NCBI GenBank assembly: GCA_025362675.1
Contig: JANYFN010000054.1
Coordinates: 10,563 to 74,562, forward strand
DNA length: 64,000 nucleotides
Origin: Limisphaerales bacterium
GTDB lineage: Bacteria; Verrucomicrobiota; Verrucomicrobiia; Limisphaerales; UBA11358
Direction of reading: 5' to 3'
In this document: positions 42,658-51,309 of the stretch, piece after piece
Numbering within the stretch: the stretch's first letter is position 1
Layout of the letters: each line of letters opens with the position of its first letter
Position numbers and translations under genes: made by a program
The notes under the pieces: model-generated
Database searches by the model: none
The model's input: the letters and a program-made list of their open reading frames with translations, nothing else
What the model was told of the DNA's origin: nothing

Positions 42658-44655
42658 ATGCAACTTTTAGCTCGTGCCGGTAATCTGGCATCTTTTATCA
42701 CGGCAGTGGCTTTTTGCCTTCTGCTAAACAGCGCCAGTGCGCAAACTAATTACTATTCCAGCAACGGGACAGAATACGCCATCGTTGGCGCCCTGCCGGG
42801 CGATCAGGTTACTCCTGCCGCCGCAATTTCCACCAATGGTGGTTATCTTGTGTGGGCCGATAATGCCACGGACGGCGATAGTTGGGGCATCAGTGCTAGC
42901 AAGCTGGACTCAACCGATTCTGGGGTTTTGAGTTCATTTCGGGTTAATAATGACGGGGTTGGTGCTCAAGAAAATCCACGCGTAGCACTTTTCCAAAATG
43001 GCGGTGCAGTGTTTGTGTGGCAAGGCGGCAAACAAGGTTTCCAACACATTTTCGCCCGCTTCCTCAATTCCGGCGGCACCTTTGTAACGTCAGATGTCTT
43101 AGTCCCCGCCAACACCAACAATTTTCAACTCAATCCGGCGGTCACCGTGCTCGGCAATGGTAACGTGGTCATCGTTTGGCAGAGTTTCAATCAAGCCGGT
43201 GCCAATTCCATGCATGATGTTTATGGGCGGATTTTCACTCCGTCGGGAACTCCGGTCACGAGCGAGTTTTTGGTCAACCAGTATACCACTTACAACCAAC
43301 GGTCACCGGTTGTCGCGGGGCAACCGAATGGCGGTTTTCTTGTGAGCTGGGTTTCCGAGCAGCAACGGATTGCCGCTCCCTCACTCGGTGGAAATACTTC
43401 ATCGAGTTCCGCCTCAGCTCTGGTATTGCCCAGCGTGGATATTTATGCGCGATACTTCAATTCCGCCGGCACGCCCCTCGCTAATGAATTTGTGGTCAAT
43501 ACCGATAACAATCCTTGCGCTAACCCCTCGCTCGCCGTGGCGACGGATGGCAGCTATCTTATTTCTTGGACTGCCCGGGATATGACTAATCGAACAAATA
43601 GTTTAGATATTTACGCGCGAACATATAATAGCTATGGAACTGGCGGTTCCGTTTTTTACGTAAACTCGAGGATTTATGGTGACGAGTATTCTTCCAAAGT
43701 CAGTGCCATTGGACTCGATTTTCTTGTGACTTGGACTAGCCTCGGTCAAGATGGCTCGCGTGAAGGGGTCTATGGTCGCAATATCCATAATAACGGAACT
43801 TATAACAGTCCGGAGTTCCGAATTAACACCACTACCGCCAGCCAGCAAATGGAACCCTGTGTTTCCGGGGATGGCAGCAGCCAATTTTTGGTTGTCTGGC
43901 GCAGTTTTACAGGTGTTGCCAATGGTTTTGATCTCTACGCCCAACGCTATCTTAACATGTCGGTTGGCCTCCCCGCGATGTCCGCGCCGTTTGTTTGGGC
44001 TCCGTTTGTGGTTAGCAACAACGTCTATCTACCCCAATTGACAGTTTCTTGGGCACCGCAGCTTGGGCTTTCCATCGCCAATTACGAAATCTTTGTTGAT
44101 GGGGCATCCACTAACGCCGCCACTATTAATACCAATATATGGACCATGACGGCCAACAACGTGCCGTCCATTCCTTTGACTGTAAACAGCACGCATTCAT
44201 TTCGCCTTGGCTATGTCACCACTGACGGTCGTCGGCCTTCCTTATCTCCGGCTGCCGTCGGGACGACTTGGGGTGGTAATAACTGGGGCGGCATTCCGTA
44301 TGAATGGATGGCGCAATATTTCGGGGGTTATTACGGAGGCGTGTATCACACCAACGCCTGGTGGTCGCCCAACCTGACGTTGGGATCTAGTGGCTTAACG
44401 CTTTACAAAGTCTTCTTAAGCGGTGGCGATCCGTTTGATTCGACCACTTGGCTTCAACAGTCAATGACCAAGACCGTCCAAGGAATGTTCTTAAATTGGA
44501 ACACCACGCCGGGAGCCACCTATCAAGTTCAACAAACCACCAACTTTTCTACTTGGAGTAATGTTGGAGCACCACGCTTTGCGGCCGGCACGACTGATTC
44601 ATTAAACGTCGGTGGCGGCTCAGTTGGTTATTATCGGATAGTCTTGTTGCGTTAA
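42658..44655 (+). CDS. Secreted seven-repeat beta-propeller-like protein with an FN3-like domain and a conserved tail module
   Basis: The ORF frame runs 42535-44655. The ATG at 42658 gives the signal peptide MQLLARAGNLASFITAVAFCLLLNSASAQ. Seven ~55-aa repeats follow (..EF.VN..T...Q..P.V.....G.FLV.W.S....G.D[IV]Y[AG]R.[FY]...GT). The tail is ..IPYEWMAQYFG.. and ..YQVQQTTNFSTWSNV..YYRIVLLR. Confidence 0.7.
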   Translation: MQLLARAGNLASFITAVAFCLLLNSASAQTNYYSSNGTEYAIVGALPGDQVTPAAAISTNGGYLVWADNATDGDSWGISASKLDSTDSGVLSSFRVNNDGVGAQENPRVALFQNGGAVFVWQGGKQGFQHIFARFLNSGGTFVTSDVLVPANTNNFQLNPAVTVLGNGNVVIVWQSFNQAGANSMHDVYGRIFTPSGTPVTSEFLVNQYTTYNQRSPVVAGQPNGGFLVSWVSEQQRIAAPSLGGNTSSSSASALVLPSVDIYARYFNSAGTPLANEFVVNTDNNPCANPSLAVATDGSYLISWTARDMTNRTNSLDIYARTYNSYGTGGSVFYVNSRIYGDEYSSKVSAIGLDFLVTWTSLGQDGSREGVYGRNIHNNGTYNSPEFRINTTTASQQMEPCVSGDGSSQFLVVWRSFTGVANGFDLYAQRYLNMSVGLPAMSAPFVWAPFVVSNNVYLPQLTVSWAPQLGLSIANYEIFVDGASTNAATINTNIWTMTANNVPSIPLTVNSTHSFRLGYVTTDGRRPSLSPAAVGTTWGGNNWGGIPYEWMAQYFGGYYGGVYHTNAWWSPNLTLGSSGLTLYKVFLSGGDPFDSTTWLQQSMTKTVQGMFLNWNTTPGATYQVQQTTNFSTWSNVGAPRFAAGTTDSLNVGGGSVGYYRIVLLR

Positions 44656-44666
44656 TTATTTTTTGT

Positions 44667-47600
44667 ATGCGGAAAATTTTTAAAATCAGTTTACTAGTTG
44701 CGCTCTTATTCGCCAGCTTGGCGTCAGCGTGGGGTTTTTCTTTGCTCGGCCCGCTTCCTAGCGACGCTGGCGGTGAGCCGTGGCAAGTTCCGGTGATCGG
44801 CTATGCTCTGCCTGGTGATATCGGTGGGCCGCATAATTTGGGTGAAGAGTATCGGCGCGTTACCCCCTTCATGTTCTACACCTATGATGCGAGTTTCTTG
44901 AGTTATTTCGGCTTGGCTGGTGCTACCAATGTGGATGCCGCCTTTGCCATCATGAACTACACCATGGGCACAAACAATGCCGTTGGTGCGGACAATCTAT
45001 CCGCGTATAGCCCCGGCCTGACTGAATTTCCAGATGGGTCCCAATCCTACAATGCCTCGGCTCAGGCGCTATTTCTAACGGACCTAAAATCAGTAACTCT
45101 TAGCTTCTTGGCGGAACAGATGGGATTAGCTGAGCCAGAACGCTATACTTGGACCTTGCATGATCGCCTTCCCGGCAACGGCTCGCCTTGCCTGATCACC
45201 GTCCTATACACCGTGGTGATGCGTAACTTCGACATTCTAGATACCCCACTGAATCAGGTGCAATATTCACCCTATGTGAATGACATTTTGTATACCTATT
45301 TTATAACGGAATTTTGCAATGGGCCAAATCCTCTGGCCTTTACTACTCCTTATCCGGTGGATCCCAGCGCGTCCAAGGTTTATAGCTCAGTAGCTGCCTT
45401 TGACCTGCAGTTAGGCGGATTTTATACTGGTTTCACCAGAGATGATGTTGCTGGGCTTCGTTATATGTTGAGTTCAAATAATATCAACTATGAAGCGACG
45501 GCTTCGGCCGGCGGGTTGCTGCGCACCAGCAACGCGATTAGCCAAACGACTCTCACTACCTTGCCGTTAAGCCTGCTGTATGGACAGGCCGCTGTGACTG
45601 ACCCGAACACCTTGCTGACCAACTATCCGGGGCTTACTTACATTTCCGTTCAAACTAACATTGTCAACCAATTCACGACCAATGTGTTTGCTTATTACAC
45701 AAATTTGACGGCGCCATTCACGAATTCCGGGCCGAATTTTCCTGGCTGGACACCCGTTCAGTATGGTGGATTTGTCGTCCCTAATCCGGTTACCTTATCG
45801 CTTGGAGATTTCATAGCCGCCGCTGCCACCAACGATCCGGCTGCCATGCAGGCGCTCTATCCCGACCTAGTCATCAGTCAGGTAATTACGAATTCCCAAA
45901 GGTTGTTGGTCGTCACCAATCGCGATCCGTATTACACCAACCAGACGGCCAACCCGGTCTATGCCAACAACGTTCCCGGCGGCTTGGGTTTGGGTTACTA
46001 CTTCACTAATCAGCCGGGACCGACGGCGATTAATTACCCGTTGACATCACAATTGTTTACCAATGTTGACCTCTACCAGTTTAGTCAGCAGGCCCGGACA
46101 AACGATGCGGCTGCGCTGATCGCATTATATCCTAGCTTGGTTATTCTTAGCTCATACTCTACGCCAACTAACCAGGATGTTCCCAACGTTACCACATATT
46201 TTACGAATGCGCTGCCCGGCTCGCCGTATGGCTCGCCGCCACGGTTAATAACCGTGACGAATGGGATTACTCGAGTTTTTTACACCCTCTACTTCCATAC
46301 CTTTGGTAACGTGGTGACCAATCATGCCTACAACAGCTCGTTAATCACGTTTTCGACGACTTACGTCACCAATTATATTGGCGCTCCGTATCCCAACGTC
46401 TATACCAATACAACCACGGTGAGTTATTACACCAATATTATGTCCGGGGATATTTTAATTATCCCGACCAACTGGTGCGGCTTCCAAGTTACTGCTACTT
46501 ATAGTCCGCTCGCCGTGATGGGCGTCAGCAATACGATTGCGTCGTCGGCATTCACCAACGTTGTGAGCACCAATACGACCCTGTATCAGTTCAGTCAGTC
46601 GTCATTTTTCACCTTTACCAACCGCACCTACAACGTCACGCCTGGTATCTGTGAACCCGTGCTGGTATTTCCGACGAACTACACGACCAACATTGTTAAT
46701 AGTTATGTTTATAACTTTGGTAATGTGGTCACAAATCATTTTTATACCAATACTTTAGTGCGTGTCTCGACCACCAACATCTTTTCATTGCCGAATGGGT
46801 TTACCAATACGTTATCCACCAATTATATTCCATCCTTTACAATCTACAGTAATACACCTTCCGGGGATATATTCATCGTTCCTCAGGCTTGGTGCGGCTA
46901 TACCTACACGACTCTTTCCAGCTCGTTGGCTTCCACCACTAATGTGTTCATTCCCGGTGGTATAGTTCCCGGCAGCGGACAGTCTTACATAAAGACCACC
47001 ATTTCGTATTATACAAACTATACATTATCCATGCGCCCGGGGTTCTGCGAGCCGGCATTGGTAATGGGCACTAATTACAGCACCAATCAGGTAACTACTT
47101 ACAGCTACGTCTTTGGCAGCATCATCACCAATCGTTACAACCCCAACACGCTGGCGCGAGTGGTTACCACTAATTACATGTTGATTCCGTTTGGATTAGT
47201 CGGTGCCATCACCAATCTGGTAACGACCAATTTTGTTAACATTGGGCCAAGCGGGGATTTCTTTATCGTGCCTCCAAACTTTTGCGCGTTGACGATTATA
47301 TCCACCTTGGCGAATACGGTTACGATCACGACCAATCAATTCGCCGCGACGATAGCGGTCGGCCCTGACCTTGGGGAACGCTATACTCAGACCACGACCT
47401 TTAGTTCAACGAACAGCACCTTTGTCGTTCAACCCTACGTCTGCAACACCGCACCGCCTGCGCCCACCTTGCGACGTGGTATTGAGCATGTTCAGTTCAT
47501 GCGTGTGAACTACGACTCACTGATTGGTCAATTCTTTCAGCCGTTTACCAACTATTACACCATGACGGTGATTACCAACAGTCAGCAGATCACTGAAAAT

Positions 47601-48245
47601 TATCAGCGCGTTATTACCCAGCCGGACATTCGTTTAAGTGCGCAAGATTTGGCCACGACGCCGGCCGACAACATTATCGGCAATGGCACCGCCGCGCGTG
47701 GAATTGCCTACGATTCCAGCCAAGTATTGCAAGGGTTGCGTGGGCCAGGCACCATTCGCGGATTCACTACATTTACTTATAACAAGGTTGGCCCTATTTT
47801 CTTGAATGGGCCATTTGCCAGCACTAATTCGTTTGTCTATGAGTTTAACCAGAACCAACAGTTAGGATTAAGTTTGCCGTATTGGGCATCCTTGTTGCAA
47901 TGGGCGTCATTTGACACTTCCACAAATCCCCCCATCCTTTATCCAAATGGAACCAGCCTCGCCAACCTGGCTAATTCCATTTATATCCAAATGCTGCCGG
48001 CGACGTTGGCGGATGGCACCGTGGGCGCCTTTTATAGCCAAGCGTTCAGTGCTGCCGGCGGACAACCCCCTTATACTTGGTCCGCACCAAACTTTTCCGG
48101 CCTGGTCCCCGGTATGAGCTTCAACCCCGCAGCGCAGACCATCTCAGGCGTGCCAAGCGTCGCCGGCACCTTTAATTTCATAATCCGATTGACTGATTCC
48201 GTAAATCGGATCGTTGACTATAATTATACCATTACCATTCATTGA
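44667..48245 (+). CDS. Secreted 1192-aa repeat protein (three ~60-aa and three ~130-aa Cys-paired repeats; C-terminal Ig-like domain)
   Basis: The signal peptide is MRKIFKISLLVALLFASLASAWG. Internal repeats were read directly; see the findings. The C-terminus ..GAFYSQAFSAAGGQPPYTWSA..GMSFNPAAQTISGVPSVAGTFNFIIRLTDS.. resembles the putative Ig (He_PIG-type) domain. Confidence 0.7.
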   Translation: MRKIFKISLLVALLFASLASAWGFSLLGPLPSDAGGEPWQVPVIGYALPGDIGGPHNLGEEYRRVTPFMFYTYDASFLSYFGLAGATNVDAAFAIMNYTMGTNNAVGADNLSAYSPGLTEFPDGSQSYNASAQALFLTDLKSVTLSFLAEQMGLAEPERYTWTLHDRLPGNGSPCLITVLYTVVMRNFDILDTPLNQVQYSPYVNDILYTYFITEFCNGPNPLAFTTPYPVDPSASKVYSSVAAFDLQLGGFYTGFTRDDVAGLRYMLSSNNINYEATASAGGLLRTSNAISQTTLTTLPLSLLYGQAAVTDPNTLLTNYPGLTYISVQTNIVNQFTTNVFAYYTNLTAPFTNSGPNFPGWTPVQYGGFVVPNPVTLSLGDFIAAAATNDPAAMQALYPDLVISQVITNSQRLLVVTNRDPYYTNQTANPVYANNVPGGLGLGYYFTNQPGPTAINYPLTSQLFTNVDLYQFSQQARTNDAAALIALYPSLVILSSYSTPTNQDVPNVTTYFTNALPGSPYGSPPRLITVTNGITRVFYTLYFHTFGNVVTNHAYNSSLITFSTTYVTNYIGAPYPNVYTNTTTVSYYTNIMSGDILIIPTNWCGFQVTATYSPLAVMGVSNTIASSAFTNVVSTNTTLYQFSQSSFFTFTNRTYNVTPGICEPVLVFPTNYTTNIVNSYVYNFGNVVTNHFYTNTLVRVSTTNIFSLPNGFTNTLSTNYIPSFTIYSNTPSGDIFIVPQAWCGYTYTTLSSSLASTTNVFIPGGIVPGSGQSYIKTTISYYTNYTLSMRPGFCEPALVMGTNYSTNQVTTYSYVFGSIITNRYNPNTLARVVTTNYMLIPFGLVGAITNLVTTNFVNIGPSGDFFIVPPNFCALTIISTLANTVTITTNQFAATIAVGPDLGERYTQTTTFSSTNSTFVVQPYVCNTAPPAPTLRRGIEHVQFMRVNYDSLIGQFFQPFTNYYTMTVITNSQQITENYQRVITQPDIRLSAQDLATTPADNIIGNGTAARGIAYDSSQVLQGLRGPGTIRGFTTFTYNKVGPIFLNGPFASTNSFVYEFNQNQQLGLSLPYWASLLQWASFDTSTNPPILYPNGTSLANLANSIYIQMLPATLADGTVGAFYSQAFSAAGGQPPYTWSAPNFSGLVPGMSFNPAAQTISGVPSVAGTFNFIIRLTDSVNRIVDYNYTITIH

Positions 48246-48249
48246 GCCC

Positions 48250-51200
48250 ATGAAGCGCATATTTCAGCAAAGTTATCGGTCGGCAGCGGGAAGGATTTTT
48301 TCGATCCTGCTTGGACTGGCGTTGGCTGGCTCGGCGCGGGCGACGCAACCGCTATATCAGAACACTTCCTCGTCATATTATTCCGTTGGTGGAGCTGTTT
48401 TCAACCCCCCGCCAACGTTAGACTATACCGCGTTTGACAATGAAAACATCTTCAGTGTCAGCTACCTGAGTTACGCTTTAGGTTATCCGTTTTATGAAAC
48501 GGTCAACACCGTTTATTACACTAATAACGGGACAATGATTTGCAATAGTCCAGTTTCAACCAATGGCTTTATAAGCAGCTTTGGTAACGGTTTTATTTTC
48601 GATCTGCAAACGACTAATGCGCACAAAATGGCCGGCACCTTCTTTAACCCGGGCACAATCCGATGCAATTCGACCAATGATGGCAATAATATTTTTAGCT
48701 TTAGCGGCTTTTCATTCTTTTTTGTGAATAGTATCGGCAAGTGCGAGGTGACAGCTACAAACATCATTAACCCGGGAACTATCAATGTTGGCCCGGATGG
48801 AACGATCAGGCTGACCTCGCAAAATTCTGATCTGTCTTTCGGTTCGTTCTATTTGGAAGCGCCCTTGACTGCGGGATTCCTTTTGAGCAGTTTTGGTCCT
48901 TTTACCACGGCCCAAACTTTGCCGAACGTGAGCGCCGCCGGTTCCATTGGCACTAACTCCCCCTGGTCACCGGGTTCTGACTTGGGCCCCAGCTCGGTGG
49001 TTGAACCGTTCCCGATCTTCCGTAGCCTCTCGAATACGGTTCCGTATGTGAATGTTCGTTCTGTTGGGCCGAGCAATGTGATTATCCGGGCGGTGTTTGT
49101 CCTCAACAGCAATCCGAACCTGCCCTATAAGGTTTACTTCGGCAACACGCCGTTTGATCCTGTTGGCAATGGTGGTGCCACGGTGGAGTTTGACGGCGCG
49201 TATCAAGATCCGGCTTCGGGCAACTATGCCACCAACTATCTCTATTTGAACAATGACTATCTCAGGGGGGCGTCCACAAACGTAGCTATTTTCAATGGCG
49301 TCCCGAATAATTTCACCTTCACCGAAAGCACTACGCCATTTGCCCTGGGAACACCAGTAGCCAGTAGTTTTCCGTTTAATTTCCTGCCGCCATCTTCCAT
49401 TACGAATAAGTATTCTTATGTGGATGCCACTTTCCTTTCCAGCACGGTGGCCACGAATGCCTCCGCAATAAATCCTAGCGGATCCGTTACGAATTTAACT
49501 GGAAAAATCTATATCACCGCGAGCAACCAACTGACTTTGGCCAACGCCCAGATCAGTGGAGAAAACTATCTGTCCCTTATCGCTCCAAATCAATTTGATG
49601 GCAGTCAAAATGCACAGATTGTCGCGCCGTATGCGGACATAAATGTCGGTGTCACCAACGGCCAGATGCAGGTGGCCAATTTGATTGCTGCCGGCGTTTC
49701 GACTCTCGGTGGCAATTTACAGGCGTGGAGCACGCAATGGGATTATGTGGACTCTTTCGGTGTGGACTACGATTTCCGCGTGCTAATCGTAACCAGCGCT
49801 TTGACCCCGCAGTCATCCTCCTGGGTCCGGACGTTGCGGCTGCATGCCACCAATAGCTTGGTCATCAGTGACGTGTTGAATGTGTATGATTCACTTAATA
49901 TTGACGCCCAGCGCCTGACTGTAAGCACCAATGGTTACGGTAACGGCTTTACCTCAGCGAATGGCGCATTGAATTGGGCTAACCATACCACCTTTGGTCC
50001 TACCCAAATTCCCAATGTCCTATGGTTGACCAACAATGGATCCATTACCGCCTGGAACGATGCCATCTTTGGAACCTCCTCGCTCCGTTATGCGGCTTTC
50101 ATAAATAACGGTTTTATTGGCGACAATGGCACGACGATTTGGACGACTAACTTCGTCAACTCTGGTGTCATTACTAATGGCTCCGGCGCGTTCGCATTGC
50201 AGACGCAGCGCGCGGTGATGACCAACGGTGCTCTCTACGCCAACGGCAATGTCACCATCACGACGCCGAGCCTGTATATCACCAACGAATATCTTTTTGC
50301 CGGTCGGTCCCTAACTATCTTCGCAACTAACTTGCTAGCGGATGGTGGAAACAGCAGTAACTTCTGGTCAGTCGGTAGCCTGGGTATCGCTAACGACGGA
50401 CTGATGCTGCCTATCAAGCCCGCCACCGGTGATTTACTCGGAACCACCATCACAAACTTTGCCCCGGCTAATACCCCCATGCTGACGGTCTGGGCAGGAC
50501 AGGATCGCGGTTATTCCGTAGCTGGTTTTTATAACAATGCCGCGATCGGGCATTTGGTCTTGGATGCAGCGGCTGGCACGCCCACCCACAACGGACGTTT
50601 TACGTTCAATGGTGCCAGCATCAGCAACGCCATCTATGTGGATGAGATTGAGTTCAAGGATTTCTCCACTAACCGGGATGCCGGCGGGAACATGCAGGGC
50701 ATCACCTTCAACACGAATCTGGTGATCTATTTCGCGCAGGCCATTGTCAACGGCGGTTCTTTTGCGGAAAAATTAAACCTGAAGAATACCAATAATTTTG
50801 CTAACAATCTGACCAGCCACTTCCGCTGGCTGCCCGCCTATACCGGTTACTTTAGCTCGACCAACTTGGTTTATCCCGACGGTAGCACCAATGTGGTCAA
50901 CGCGGCACTGGCACAGAGTGGCAATATAGATTCCGATGGCGATGGCATTCTCAATAATGCAGACGCGACGCCGTTCTTCGTTTCGTCGCAGATCAATTTT
51001 CAACTAACCATCACCAACGTGCCGCCGCGGTATGCCCGGTTGACGTGGATGACCATCCCTAACGCCACGAACACGGTATTATTCAAGACCAATCTACTGG
51101 CTCCCAACTGGTCGGTGCTCACTAATTTTGTCTCACCGCAACCTTATCCTAGCCCCGCCTCGGCGGTGACGGTTCTGGACCCGGTGGGCACAAATGTTAC

Positions 51201-51255
51201 GAGATTTTACTGGATAAGCGTGCAGCCGTGGCTGACTTATCCCAACCTATACTGA
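48250..51255 (+). CDS. Secreted 1001-aa beta-helix-like protein with a Ca-binding DxDxDG motif and a conserved tail module
   Basis: The ATG at 48250 lies 4 nt after the upstream stop. The signal peptide is MKRIFQQSYRSAAGRIFSILLGLALAGSARA. Recurrent N/T/G-rich short strands (..GTINVGPDGTIRLTSQNSDLS.., ..NGNVTITTPSLYITNEYLFAGRSLTIFATNLLA..) suggest a parallel beta-helix. ..DSDGDGILNNADATP.. is also present. The track start at 48214 lies inside the upstream gene. Confidence 0.65.
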   Translation: MKRIFQQSYRSAAGRIFSILLGLALAGSARATQPLYQNTSSSYYSVGGAVFNPPPTLDYTAFDNENIFSVSYLSYALGYPFYETVNTVYYTNNGTMICNSPVSTNGFISSFGNGFIFDLQTTNAHKMAGTFFNPGTIRCNSTNDGNNIFSFSGFSFFFVNSIGKCEVTATNIINPGTINVGPDGTIRLTSQNSDLSFGSFYLEAPLTAGFLLSSFGPFTTAQTLPNVSAAGSIGTNSPWSPGSDLGPSSVVEPFPIFRSLSNTVPYVNVRSVGPSNVIIRAVFVLNSNPNLPYKVYFGNTPFDPVGNGGATVEFDGAYQDPASGNYATNYLYLNNDYLRGASTNVAIFNGVPNNFTFTESTTPFALGTPVASSFPFNFLPPSSITNKYSYVDATFLSSTVATNASAINPSGSVTNLTGKIYITASNQLTLANAQISGENYLSLIAPNQFDGSQNAQIVAPYADINVGVTNGQMQVANLIAAGVSTLGGNLQAWSTQWDYVDSFGVDYDFRVLIVTSALTPQSSSWVRTLRLHATNSLVISDVLNVYDSLNIDAQRLTVSTNGYGNGFTSANGALNWANHTTFGPTQIPNVLWLTNNGSITAWNDAIFGTSSLRYAAFINNGFIGDNGTTIWTTNFVNSGVITNGSGAFALQTQRAVMTNGALYANGNVTITTPSLYITNEYLFAGRSLTIFATNLLADGGNSSNFWSVGSLGIANDGLMLPIKPATGDLLGTTITNFAPANTPMLTVWAGQDRGYSVAGFYNNAAIGHLVLDAAAGTPTHNGRFTFNGASISNAIYVDEIEFKDFSTNRDAGGNMQGITFNTNLVIYFAQAIVNGGSFAEKLNLKNTNNFANNLTSHFRWLPAYTGYFSSTNLVYPDGSTNVVNAALAQSGNIDSDGDGILNNADATPFFVSSQINFQLTITNVPPRYARLTWMTIPNATNTVLFKTNLLAPNWSVLTNFVSPQPYPSPASAVTVLDPVGTNVTRFYWISVQPWLTYPNLY

Positions 51256-51309
51256 AATAAAAAATGTCTGCGGCGGCTATCTGCTGCGGACTATTCATGG
51301 AGAAAAATT

